64,000 bases of DNA, from the IMG/VR virus record IMGVR_UViG_3300025133_009608, positions 186,001 through 250,000 of that record, one strand, 5' to 3'. Under the pieces are notes generated by a model. The model saw nothing but the letters and a program-made list of their open reading frames with translations, was not told where the DNA came from and did not search any database. The stretch's first letter is position 1, and every line of letters starts with the position of its first letter. Below are positions 1 to 8,451 of this stretch, piece by piece. The translations under genes and the position numbers were made by a program.

Positions 1-116
1 ATCTTATTTATAAAGTTTTTGCCCAAGTCACTCACTCCCCAGCAAAGAGGCCGAAGGCAGTTCGTGTAATCCATGATAAATCGATCTTACTTATCGAAAA
101 GTGATAAGATGAAAGC

Positions 117-150
117 GCGGAGCAGGGAGAACCACAAACCCCTGCTCCGC
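117..150 (-). terminator. GC-rich hairpin downstream of 172..381
   Basis: Stem GCGGAGCAGGG/CCCTGCTCCGC, loop AGAACCACAAAC. Confidence 0.55.
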
Positions 151-171
151 TGGAGTCGCACCACTGGCGCA

Positions 172-381
172 TTACCAAGACTTGCGGTGCTTCGCGTAAC
201 GCTGAGCCTTGCCCTTTCCTCGTCGCCCGTCGCCCCTTGAGGCCTTTGATTGATGCTTTCCAGCACCCGCCCCTGCCCGAAGAATAAGGCCAATCGCCCC
301 CTCGTCGCGGCGGCGAGGTGCCGAAACAACAATCCGCTTTTTTTTCCTCTCGTTTACGATTTGGGGCTTTTTGGCCATCAC
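172..381 (-). CDS. Small, very basic early protein (K/R/G-rich C-terminus)
   Basis: Follows the promoter at 400-421 with RBS AGGGAGGA; ends GKGKAQRYAKHRKSW. Confidence 0.7.
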   Translation of the reverse strand: MMAKKPQIVNERKKKRIVVSAPRRRDEGAIGLILRAGAGAGKHQSKASRGDGRRGKGKAQRYAKHRKSW

Positions 382-414
382 ATCCTCCCTATACTTCGCT
401 ATAATGAATCGATC

Positions 415-615
415 TTATTTACGGGAAACGAGGCCGCCCATTGGAGCGTATTCAAAGATATTCGGATTTGTTAGAATGTCCCTTGTTTTTTCTCGGATAT
501 ACTCAAGCGTACACGCCGAGAAGGTACGGAGGCAATACCCCTCTGTTCCGTTATGATAAATGGCATGAGCATAGCAAAGCTCGCCCTCGCGCGCTTCAAT
601 GTATATTCCTTCCAT
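415..615 (-). CDS. Hypothetical early protein
   Basis: Directly downstream of the promoter at 662-683, with a GAGG RBS. Confidence 0.55.
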   Translation of the reverse strand: MEGIYIEAREGELCYAHAIYHNGTEGYCLRTFSACTLEYIREKTRDILTNPNIFEYAPMGGLVSRK

Positions 616-716
616 TTCCTCATCCCTCCGAGAAAGGTGGTTTGTCCTCTCTACACTTACCTATAATGAATCGATCTTATTTATGGAAGTTATTGCTTAT
701 AAGTATAGCCCGAAGC

Positions 717-738
717 GGGGCGCGGATATCCGCGCCCC
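717..738 (-). terminator. Perfect palindromic hairpin GGGGCGCGGATATCCGCGCCCC
   Basis: Lies between the stop of 747..1289 and the next promoter. Confidence 0.6.
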
Positions 739-746
739 TATGGGAG

Positions 747-1289
747 TTATCCGACCCTCTCGCCTCCGATGGATACGTACTCATAAGAGCCGGCGGTAAG
801 CTTGAACCTGCGGAACTTGCTCGCTGGAGCCTGACGCTGGATCCAGCGTTTTACCAGCGTCTTGTCAGCGGAGGTTACCGCCTTGTAAACTCCGCGCTGT
901 ACGGTGTCTTTGGAGACAATCAAGCCCCAGAGGTAAAGATCCCCTTGAGGGTCTGACGCAAGTCGGGCCAACCCGTCTTGTACATAGTTGTAGTCGGTAG
1001 AGCCGCCACCAGCGGCGATCCGAGAAATACTTTTCTCGTAACTTGCGGACTGCTCCGCAAGAGCCTTGCGGCAAGTTTCAAGGTCAACACCTTGAACTCC
1101 GCAGTTCGCGAACACCGTCTCGGCAGTCATCTCGGCCAGCACGATCGCCGATCGCTCCAACAGGGACAGGTAACTAACCTTTCCGTTTACCGTGTAATGG
1201 GCGATCTCGCCAGAAGTCTTGCTCTCATAAGAACGAAGATGAAGGAAGCCGCCAGCTACGGCCGCCGAGTTTGCAGTTTGAATATCCAT
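747..1289 (-). CDS. Hypothetical early protein (likely start MDIQT at 1289)
   Basis: Promoter at 1349-1370; GGAG RBS and leader shared with ardC. Confidence 0.75.
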   Translation of the reverse strand: MDIQTANSAAVAGGFLHLRSYESKTSGEIAHYTVNGKVSYLSLLERSAIVLAEMTAETVFANCGVQGVDLETCRKALAEQSASYEKSISRIAAGGGSTDYNYVQDGLARLASDPQGDLYLWGLIVSKDTVQRGVYKAVTSADKTLVKRWIQRQAPASKFRRFKLTAGSYEYVSIGGERVG

Positions 1290-1304
1290 GATAAACTCCA
1301 ACGC

Positions 1305-1376
1305 AAAGAGGGGAAAAGTAAAAGTGGTTTGTCCTCTCTACACTTACCTATAATGAATCGATCTTATTTATGGAAG
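1305..1376. repeat. 72-bp exact direct repeat with 2747-2818 (about 53 bp also at 637-689)
   Basis: AAAGAGGGGAAAAGTAAAAGTGGTTTGTCCTCTCTACACTTACCTATAATGAATCGATCTTATTTATGGAAG. Confidence 0.9.
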
Positions 1377-1404
1377 TTATATAGAAACATTTGAGACATG
1401 AGTT

Positions 1405-1439
1405 GGGCGGCCGAAGAAAACCACAAACCTCGGCCGCCC
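1405..1439 (-). terminator. GC-rich hairpin downstream of 1480..1770
   Basis: Stem GGGCGGCCGA/TCGGCCGCCC, loop AGAAAACCACAAACC. Confidence 0.5.
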
Positions 1440-1479
1440 TGCGAGAATCACCGCCAGACTCGATCGCAACTCAAAAGTT

Positions 1480-1770
1480 TTAGTATGCCACCTGAACCCA
1501 TTTTGTGGACTCAGGTGTGCTAACGCTCTCCAGACCGTCATACTCAGATATTACATACCTGCACCCCTCATGGCATTCCACCTCAAGCGAGGCGTTCGGC
1601 CCAGAGGCCGCCTCCTCTCCGAGCGCGAGCACACACTCTACGAGAAGGGGATCGTGCCTATTATTGTAATAAAAAGACTCAGGATCAGCCCCACGAGCAG
1701 TCAGCCATTCTTCTGCCGCAGATGACAACCCGAAGCCGCCATAACAACTATTCACTACTACTTTAAACAT
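1480..1770 (-). CDS. Conserved phage hypothetical protein
   Basis: KVVVNSCYGGFGLS...RHDPLLV...EYDGLE pattern, typical of a widespread phage family; has promoter and RBS. Confidence 0.75.
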   Translation of the reverse strand: MFKVVVNSCYGGFGLSSAAEEWLTARGADPESFYYNNRHDPLLVECVLALGEEAASGPNASLEVECHEGCRYVISEYDGLESVSTPESTKWVQVAY

Positions 1771-1816
1771 TTTCTATTCTCCCTTCATATCACTATAATG
1801 AATCGATCTTATTTAT
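1771..1816. repeat. 46-bp direct repeat with 5380-5425 (second leader subfamily)
   Basis: TTTCTATTCTCCCTTCATATCACTATAATGAATCGATCTTATTTAT. Confidence 0.85.
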
Positions 1817-1842
1817 GGAACAAGTGCGTTCGTGCCTACGGG

Positions 1843-1870
1843 GGAATGGGGCCGTATACGGCCCCATTCC
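1843..1870 (-). terminator. Palindromic hairpin after ardC
   Basis: GGAATGGGGCCGTATACGGCCCCATTCC. Confidence 0.65.
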
Positions 1871-1876
1871 ATTTGT

Positions 1877-2731
1877 CTAAAGCTCCCTTAGAAACTTGAT
1901 GGCACGGTTCGCTTGCCCTGCGGCCTCCGAGATTTTTCTCGGATCTTTTTTGAGACAGCGAATCCAAGACCCGATGTAGGCTTCGTGATTTTTAAAGATC
2001 TCAGGTCGTGAGATCCCAAGCTCGTGACAAAGGAATGCCGAACCCATCTCAGCTACAAGCTCTTCAAACGCATAGCTCTCACGGGTACGCAGGGTTTGGC
2101 CCACACCTTCTCGATTCATACGCTCAGAGTGACCCGTCCAGTGGACAAGCTCGTGCATGGCGGTCGCCCAATAGTGAGCAACCGATGTAAACGCGCCCGC
2201 TGGTGGCAGGGTGATCTCATCACTACTTGGGCTATAGCAGGCCCGATTCCCGCCGTGACCGACTACAGCCTTTGACTTGGCCAATACAGCGGCCGCCTTT
2301 TCAAATCCGATCGATGGGTCGATCTCGTCAATCACCTCGATCTCTGGGGTGCCATCCATCTGCTCTGCATTGAAGGCGGCGAAAACCGCAAACCCGATGC
2401 AGACCATTACTGGTTTTCCGTTTTTCGTGAGGCCTTCAGGGTGGCGGATCATTCTGGGGCGTAGGCCATAGAAGGCCTTTTCTCCCTTGCGAACCGTCGC
2501 CCCCATTTTCTTCGCCTGCTTATACCCCGCCCAGCGGGTGTCGGAGCGACCCGACATGAGCATCAACAGAAAGTTGAGGCCGTTATACTCTTTGCCAGTG
2601 GCAAAGTTATGTGGAACCATTGAGGTTCCGTCCCAAGGCTTGTGCCAAGGGATCTCTCCCTTTTCGAGGCTGGCCACAATTTTGGCGACGATGTCGCTGA
2701 GGTGTGCCTCGACTTTCGCGGATGATGCCAT
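1877..2731 (-). CDS. ardC: ArdC-family antirestriction protein (ssDNA-binding DUF1738 plus zincin-like domain)
   Basis: PWHKPW, YNGLN, VRKGEK, HELVHWTGH, YAFEELVAEMGSAFLC motifs. Confidence 0.9.
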   Translation of the reverse strand: MASSAKVEAHLSDIVAKIVASLEKGEIPWHKPWDGTSMVPHNFATGKEYNGLNFLLMLMSGRSDTRWAGYKQAKKMGATVRKGEKAFYGLRPRMIRHPEGLTKNGKPVMVCIGFAVFAAFNAEQMDGTPEIEVIDEIDPSIGFEKAAAVLAKSKAVVGHGGNRACYSPSSDEITLPPAGAFTSVAHYWATAMHELVHWTGHSERMNREGVGQTLRTRESYAFEELVAEMGSAFLCHELGISRPEIFKNHEAYIGSWIRCLKKDPRKISEAAGQANRAIKFLREL

Positions 2732-2939
2732 GATAAGCTCCAGTGTAAAGAGGGGAAAAGTAAAAGTGGTTTGTCCTCTCTACACTTACCTATAATGAAT
2801 CGATCTTATTTATGGAAGAAATAAAAAGCAGTTGCTGCAAGTTACAATCGACTAAACTATAATGAATCGATCTTATTTATGGAAGAAGCTGCTACCTCAT
2901 TTTGGGGCGAAACATCGCCTCCACAGTATCTGCTACCGA

Positions 2940-2972
2940 AGATGAGGGTGGAACGCCTGCCCACCCTCATCT
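2940..2972 (-). terminator. Hairpin after 2986..3582
   Basis: AGATGAGGGTGG/CCACCCTCATCT stem. Confidence 0.6.
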
Positions 2973-2985
2973 ATCTCCATGCAGA

Positions 2986-3582
2986 CTAAGCCACGGATAC
3001 CTTGACCTGAATCCCCGCCAGCGTGGATACCATCTCCTCGGTCGGAGCGGCAGTAGGTGACCCAGGATGCCATGTCCAGACCATCTGGCCGCTATCGCCA
3101 GGGCCGATGATCACAAAGGCATGATCGGTTTCGGGCAGATCGGATTCAACGCCGTCAAGCACGATCTCCATTGTCGGAATCTCCTCCCCGTTTAGCTTAT
3201 GACTATGCAGTGATCGTCTAACGGAAAGCTGCGAGGAGGTAGATCCAGGGAGAATCTTGGAGAGAAGGCTTTGCAACGATACCACTCCAAGACGAGCCGT
3301 GTACTCCGCTGGAATATCCACCCTAACGTATGTACATGGGGAATATGTACTGCCAGGAAAGGAGGCCTCCATATCCTCATGGGATACGACAACGGCACTC
3401 GGCGCGGCAGCCGCAAAGAACTCGAACAGAGTGGCCTTATCGGTGACTCCCGCGACATAAGAGCCTCGACCCTTGCGCTGTTCGAGACCTTTGATGTGAT
3501 CATCTAAGGCTCCATCGGCCGCCGCAGTCGCGGCGGCGTAGGTGTTTTCCATGGCGGTTAGCATGATTTCAGAAGCGGTCAT
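2986..3582 (-). CDS. Hypothetical early protein
   Basis: 198-aa ORF with promoter variant at 3624-3645 and GAGGA RBS; C-terminal WTWHPG. Confidence 0.7.
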   Translation of the reverse strand: MTASEIMLTAMENTYAAATAAADGALDDHIKGLEQRKGRGSYVAGVTDKATLFEFFAAAAPSAVVVSHEDMEASFPGSTYSPCTYVRVDIPAEYTARLGVVSLQSLLSKILPGSTSSQLSVRRSLHSHKLNGEEIPTMEIVLDGVESDLPETDHAFVIIGPGDSGQMVWTWHPGSPTAAPTEEMVSTLAGIQVKVSVA

Positions 3583-3638
3583 TTTGTTCCTCGTTTGTTT
3601 TTTTGTTTCTCTCTACACCTAAGCGTAATGAATCGATC

Positions 3639-3902
3639 TTATTTATTAGACAACAGTACTCTCATAAGCCGCCGATAAGCCGCTGCCGCATTATTCTTGG
3701 CAAATGCGACGGCATCCTCGCCTCTACTGTCCTCAAGGCTCTGGGCCTCGCGCCCTGTCTCGCATTTTAGCTCTGCGAGGCTCATGCCGAGAAAAGGCTC
3801 GACATCGTTCAGCTCTCGTTCGAGCTGATCATATAGAGCGATAAGGTAGCCAAGTTGCCACTTCTTTTCGCGTAGCGGTGCTACCTTTGTCTTGGTGTTC
3901 AT
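3639..3902 (-). CDS. Hypothetical early protein
   Basis: Promoter at 3926-3947 and AAGGAG RBS. Confidence 0.65.
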   Translation of the reverse strand: MNTKTKVAPLREKKWQLGYLIALYDQLERELNDVEPFLGMSLAELKCETGREAQSLEDSRGEDAVAFAKNNAAAAYRRLMRVLLSNK

Positions 3903-3967
3903 TTTTCTATCTCCTTATGCTTTACTATAATAAATCGATCTTATTTATCGAACTTTTATCCCCCTTC

Positions 3968-5380
3968 TCATTTTAGAGAAGTAAGGGCTACTTCCAGCAA
4001 GTCACTTTGACTTAGAGTTTCGTCTTCCATTTGGGCATCAAAGGATGCCTTCAGCATATCGCCAAAGTGTCTTCCCGCTGGAACTCCAGCCTCTATAAGG
4101 TGCCTTCCCATAAGAACGGGTTCTATTGGCTCTGCTCCAAACTCAGAAAAATGATCCCAGCACATTTCACTCGTCTTGTGTTCAAAATCGGCATCTCCAA
4201 TGTGAACGGACGGGCCGCCGCAAGAATCACACTTGCACATCCACCCAAGAACGTCGAGCCTGATTCGATTATGCAACCGCTTCCAACCGCCCACCTTAGC
4301 CTTCCCCTGAAACAGGTTCCACGGTTGCATGTGTTCGCCAACGATAGCCGCGGTCTTTTCGATAATACCTTTATTATTCATCATGCGTCGCAAAAATGAT
4401 TCCACAATCGGCATACCTGCGCGATCATGTCCCCATGCCGTCCACAAACGCTCCTTGGAGGCCTCATCGTTCGCGACCATCGCTGGAGTAATCGTGGTTA
4501 CTGGCTTCCCAACATCATGACACATTGTACCAAACATAAATGCCTCAATCCAATCGCTCGGAATATCGGCGTTATCGCGAACCCATGCGGCACTATCAAC
4601 CGTGTGCAAGCTATGTATCCACACATCCCCTTCTGGATGCCATTCTGGGTGTTGCTCACATCCAATCAAGGCGGAAAGCTCAGGAAAGTTAGAGATCCAG
4701 CCAGACTCCCTCAAGAACTCAAGACCCACAGATGGAGCGGGAGCCTTCAAGAGCAACTTGCGAAACTCCTCATGCACACGTTCTTTTGCAAGGTGTGGAA
4801 ATGAATCGGCCATGCCACGAATAATGTTCATCGTAGCAGGATCAACAACCTTTGCTTTTCGAGCAAGAAGTTGCATCGCCCGAAGCCCCCTTAGCGGGTC
4901 TTGGCCAAAAAGCTCAGGATCGGTAGCTCGAAGAACTCCGTTAGACAGATCCTCCATTCCTCCAAAGGGATCAACGATCTTCCCCGTACTGAGATCAAGT
5001 GCCATAGCATTGATCGTGAAATCACGCCGACGACAGGCTTCCTCAAACGTCATGTTTGGATCGAGGTCTACCATCAGATCGTTATGACCCAGCCCAACAT
5101 GATTGTCGAGCCTCGGAACATTTATATCAATATCAAGACCATCACATTCAGCGGCGGACAGCTTGAGAACCCCAAACGAAGCCCCGACTACTTTCGGGGA
5201 AAGATCCGAAAAAATCTCGGTGAGCCTTTCAAAGGAGAGGCCGAAAACCTCAATATCCCAATCTTTGGGAAGCCTTCCCTCAAGGGAGTCAATCACCGCT
5301 CCGCCAACAAGTAGAGCGGAGCCTCCTGCCGACTCCACTCGGCTTACGATAGAGGCAATCATTTCTGGTGCTTGAATCAT
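3968..5380 (-). CDS. cca: CCA-adding tRNA nucleotidyltransferase with HD domain
   Basis: LVGGAVID, DWDIE, RRDFTINAMA, DPLRGLR, ERVHEE, HPEGDVWIH, CHDVGKP. Confidence 0.9.
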   Translation of the reverse strand: MIQAPEMIASIVSRVESAGGSALLVGGAVIDSLEGRLPKDWDIEVFGLSFERLTEIFSDLSPKVVGASFGVLKLSAAECDGLDIDINVPRLDNHVGLGHNDLMVDLDPNMTFEEACRRRDFTINAMALDLSTGKIVDPFGGMEDLSNGVLRATDPELFGQDPLRGLRAMQLLARKAKVVDPATMNIIRGMADSFPHLAKERVHEEFRKLLLKAPAPSVGLEFLRESGWISNFPELSALIGCEQHPEWHPEGDVWIHSLHTVDSAAWVRDNADIPSDWIEAFMFGTMCHDVGKPVTTITPAMVANDEASKERLWTAWGHDRAGMPIVESFLRRMMNNKGIIEKTAAIVGEHMQPWNLFQGKAKVGGWKRLHNRIRLDVLGWMCKCDSCGGPSVHIGDADFEHKTSEMCWDHFSEFGAEPIEPVLMGRHLIEAGVPAGRHFGDMLKASFDAQMEDETLSQSDLLEVALTSLK

Positions 5381-5435
5381 TTCTATTCTCCCTTCATATC
5401 ACTATAATGAATCGATCTTATTTATCGAGGTAGCC

Positions 5436-5753
5436 TTATTGGCTTGTCACCCTCCAAACGCCATATGCCCAAACAGCTACGCCAAGAAACCCGCCGCCTC
5501 CGATGTGTGGACAGCTTATCCTCTCAAGCTCTCTCGTCTCATCTGGGTGTTCTGGAGGCAGCGAAGCAAGGTGCCATCTGGAATATGACTTTTGCTCGGC
5601 GCGCGAACCATTATAGCTATTCCACTTGGCCCCTGGGAGCTTGCGACCAGCAATCCCGACCGCATCATAGCAGCCCCCACAAACCTGAACCTCAACGGTT
5701 TCAACGATTATATTTTTATCTCCAACGATTTCTTCACCTTGCTTGTCGCCCAT
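5436..5753 (-). CDS. Hypothetical early protein
   Basis: Promoter at 5774-5795 and GAGG RBS. Confidence 0.55.
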   Translation of the reverse strand: MGDKQGEEIVGDKNIIVETVEVQVCGGCYDAVGIAGRKLPGAKWNSYNGSRAEQKSYSRWHLASLPPEHPDETRELERISCPHIGGGGFLGVAVWAYGVWRVTSQ

Positions 5754-6255
5754 GTTACCTCTCTTTACTTACCTATAATGAATCGATCTTATTTGCGGAA
5801 GTTATACCGTCATAGTCCAATGTCAGTCGCCCCGCCCTCTCGGCCCATCGGGGCGACCCCAAAACCCCCCATACTTTTGTTCCAAAGCCCAAACATCAAA
5901 TAAAAGTTTCCAACCCCTATAAGAAAAACGAAATAACAGCCCTCACGGTTCAACAGGGCACTCCACCAGCCCAACCAAATCATTTATTCCCACAGATAAA
6001 TAGAAGTATCGATAAGAATATCCCAATAACAATACATTTATCCAACACATCAATACATAAACGAACACCAAATAAACATAAGCCGTACACTAATAAACGT
6101 ATAGCGCACAGTAAATGTATTAGCGCACAACAAATAAACAAACGTGCAACGCAATACATAAAAGAATAAAAGAAATAAATACATATATGTATTGCAACTA
6201 TATGGTTATATGGCTTGACGGCCCACCAGCGGCGTGTTACGCGCGGCGCGCACCA

Positions 6256-6387
6256 CATCTGCTTCAATTGCTCAGAATCAATGATTTTAAATAATGCTGC
6301 AGGGGAATGCTGCATCTGCTTCAATTGCTCAGAATCAATGATTTTAAATTCAGCACTCCCCATTGTTTAGAATCAATAATTTAAAAA
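6256..6387. repeat. 37-bp direct repeat x2 (6256-6292, 6313-6349) plus a degenerate third copy (6362-6387), with IHF-like sites
   Basis: CATCTGCTTCAATTGCTCAGAATCAATGATTTTAAAT; AATCAATAATTTA at 6371-6383 fits WATCAANNNNTTR. Confidence 0.85.
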
Positions 6388-6864
6388 ATAACCTTATCCC
6401 CTTAGGGCCGAAGTGGGGGATTTGGACTTATAGCTCTTTATGGTTACTTACTTATAATTTAAAAAATCCTGTATAGCCCTATAGGTTATTCTTTTACTTA
6501 TCTCTTAGTATTTAATTTTATTCTATCTCTTACTGGGGATAATCAATCCCTATTCTATTGGGAATACTTATTTTAAATTCCTATTCAACAACTCTGGATT
6601 ATTTTTTATTTAAACTGGGGCTTTATTCTGTCCCACTTAATCCCATTTAATTCCATTCTGCTCCATTCTGGCCCACAATTAAAAATAAATGGATGTTTGG
6701 ACTGAATTAAATGTTGATTTTCATTGGTATTCGTTCGTGGAAACTTGGGTGTGGTTCGGTTTTTCCATTTTTATATAAAAACCAGGGGACTTTGGGGTGG
6801 TGGGCTTTTTTGTTGAAATTCATTTATTTATTAAATAAATTGGGGATTGTTTGTATAAAAAAAT

Positions 6865-6884
6865 AAGGCCCCGCTGGGGGCCTT
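6865..6884 (-). terminator. Intrinsic terminator (possibly bidirectional)
   Basis: AAGGCCCC/GGGGCCTT stem flanked by A and T tracts, downstream of 6983..7555. Confidence 0.6.
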
Positions 6885-6982
6885 TGTTCTTTGCCTTGCG
6901 GCTTTCATTAATTATATATATAAACCGGGGCTTTTTTTGCTTTATTAAATCTCCGGGATTATTTGTGGTGGTCCCCGCGAGA

Positions 6983-7555
6983 TTAAAAAATATTTGTGAG
7001 GGACAACATTAATAATCCCTCATGTGTTTCTTTTATTTCCCTGGCCTTTCCTTCTCCCATTTCGACGGCGAGTTGCTTTTGCATGGTGCCGAGATGTTCA
7101 TATCGCCCCGACCAATTTGATGGATTATAATACATAATAGCATTTCCGTGGTCGGTTCCGATCAGGCTCGGAGGAGATGGGTCCGCATAAATTATTTTAT
7201 TAAAAGAATGGGCGGCCTTTGCCCTTGCTATTCCCCGGGCTCCCGCGCTCCATCCGACGAGCCGGATCGAGGATGCCTTGTCCCCATTCAGCGCCGCCTC
7301 TCCGGCTGCCATCATTCTGGCCCAACTGGCATCGGGTCCCGCGGCCACCACAACAATGGAGTTATCGGGACGAGACATTCCTTCCACCACTCCCCCCACA
7401 TATGATTGGCCTCCGCCATGGACTCCTGGATATACATATACAAGTAGCGGCCTTTCCGAAACATTTGATTTAAATACTAAACTTCCGTCTATTCTTTCTG
7501 ATCCTATTTTTAAAATAGTTTTATGTATCTGACTTATTTTTTCTAATCTATTCAC
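6983..7555 (-). CDS. Alpha/beta-hydrolase-like protein with N-terminal tag
   Basis: LVGWSAGARG nucleophile-elbow (GxSxG) motif. Confidence 0.55.
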   Translation of the reverse strand: MNRLEKISQIHKTILKIGSERIDGSLVFKSNVSERPLLVYVYPGVHGGGQSYVGGVVEGMSRPDNSIVVVAAGPDASWARMMAAGEAALNGDKASSIRLVGWSAGARGIARAKAAHSFNKIIYADPSPPSLIGTDHGNAIMYYNPSNWSGRYEHLGTMQKQLAVEMGEGKAREIKETHEGLLMLSLTNIF

Positions 7556-7594
7556 TTTCTGCTCCGTGGTAATTTTAATTATCTTTTAAAGATA

Positions 7595-8386
7595 TTATCC
7601 TGTTATCATCCAACCATTTATTCCATCGCATATTATTGTTATGCTTGCGTGATTTATATTCAAATCAAAGCTTGCCGCGCCATCTATTGTATCCGGAGAT
7701 GATGGATTTATTCTTATTCTATTTGTTCCGGCATTTCCGGTTGCATCTTTTATTATTAACTTCATTCCCGCGGATGTCCCCCTGGCCGGAAGGGCAATAT
7801 CTATCGTACTTATCGGGTTGCATCTTAATAAATAATCACTTTCCGTCGCGGAATAATTTGAAGAAATGTCCGTGATTGAAACCTTGACCCCTCCATCTAT
7901 CTTCATATTTCCCCCCAGATGGACGGGAGCCGTCGGGGTGCCTGTTCCTATGCCTATGTTGCCGGAAGTCCCCTCGAGGCGAATGTAGGTCGTATAATTG
8001 GCCTTTAGGTCCAGGGTCTCGGACGCCGCATCCCCCTTTATCTGCACGGAGGAGTCTCCCCAGAACAATCCCCTGTTATTATCACAATAAAAGTTGTTCC
8101 CCTGAACCCTAACCCCTCCGCCCTTGAAGGTGTAATAACTCCAAGACCCGGCAGCCCCGGGGACTGAGCCGGTGCCGAATCCAATTCCGCCATCAGTCTC
8201 AATTAAGAGCCTTTCCGTTCCGGCGGTTGAAAATCTTATTTTATCTTCATCTGGTGATTTCTCTACTTCTATTTTGGTGTCTGCATCCGCATCTTTTAGT
8301 TCAGATATACTTAAAGAGCTTTCATTTACATCATCTCCAGTTATTGAATCATCTAAAATTTGCCTTCCAGTAACTCTTGTTCCCAT
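7595..8386 (-). CDS. Virion structural, tail-fibre/baseplate-type protein
   Basis: DADADTKIEVE, GNIGIGTGTP and C-terminal LP...IIKD...GNAGTN..I...DTIDG motifs typical of phage fibre/connector proteins. Confidence 0.65.
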   Translation of the reverse strand: MGTRVTGRQILDDSITGDDVNESSLSISELKDADADTKIEVEKSPDEDKIRFSTAGTERLLIETDGGIGFGTGSVPGAAGSWSYYTFKGGGVRVQGNNFYCDNNRGLFWGDSSVQIKGDAASETLDLKANYTTYIRLEGTSGNIGIGTGTPTAPVHLGGNMKIDGGVKVSITDISSNYSATESDYLLRCNPISTIDIALPARGTSAGMKLIIKDATGNAGTNRIRINPSSPDTIDGAASFDLNINHASITIICDGINGWMITG

Positions 8387-8451
8387 TATATTGTTCCTAT
8401 TATTTTAATAATGATATTCATTGCTAAAGTCCACCATCCGTGGAGTTAGTA

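Larger units (their letters stand above)
73..5795 (-). promoter_or_regulatory. Repeated early promoter/leader motif, coding strand TAAATAAGATCGATTCATTATA. Copies at about 73-98 (variant), 400-421, 662-683, 1349-1370, 1794-1815, 2791-2812, 2858-2879, 3624-3645, 3926-3947, 5403-5424 and 5774-5795, plus a partial copy at 1-10
   Basis: Near-identical 22-mer, mostly 20-60 bp upstream of minus-strand starts with a GGAG-type RBS in between; not seen by eye beyond 5.8 kb. Confidence 0.9.

Noticed and set aside
637-2879. Early repeats as CRISPR or integron attC array
   Set aside because: The intervals are whole genes of very variable length; no attC R-box/inverted structure and no integrase in the window
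400-5795. TATAAT in the repeat as a rightward sigma70 -10 box driving + strand ORFs
   Set aside because: RBSs and recognisable genes all lie on the minus strand; the + ORFs only repeat the motif translation (IMNRSYL)
5980-6363. 127-aa minus-strand ORF
   Set aside because: The translation just mirrors the DNA repeat and low-complexity skewed sequence; it runs through the putative cis-element
6256-6387. Mini-CRISPR array (37-bp repeat; reverse strand contains ATTGAAG)
   Set aside because: Only two exact copies, a 20-bp gap, a truncated third copy at irregular spacing and no cas genes; better explained as protein-binding repeats
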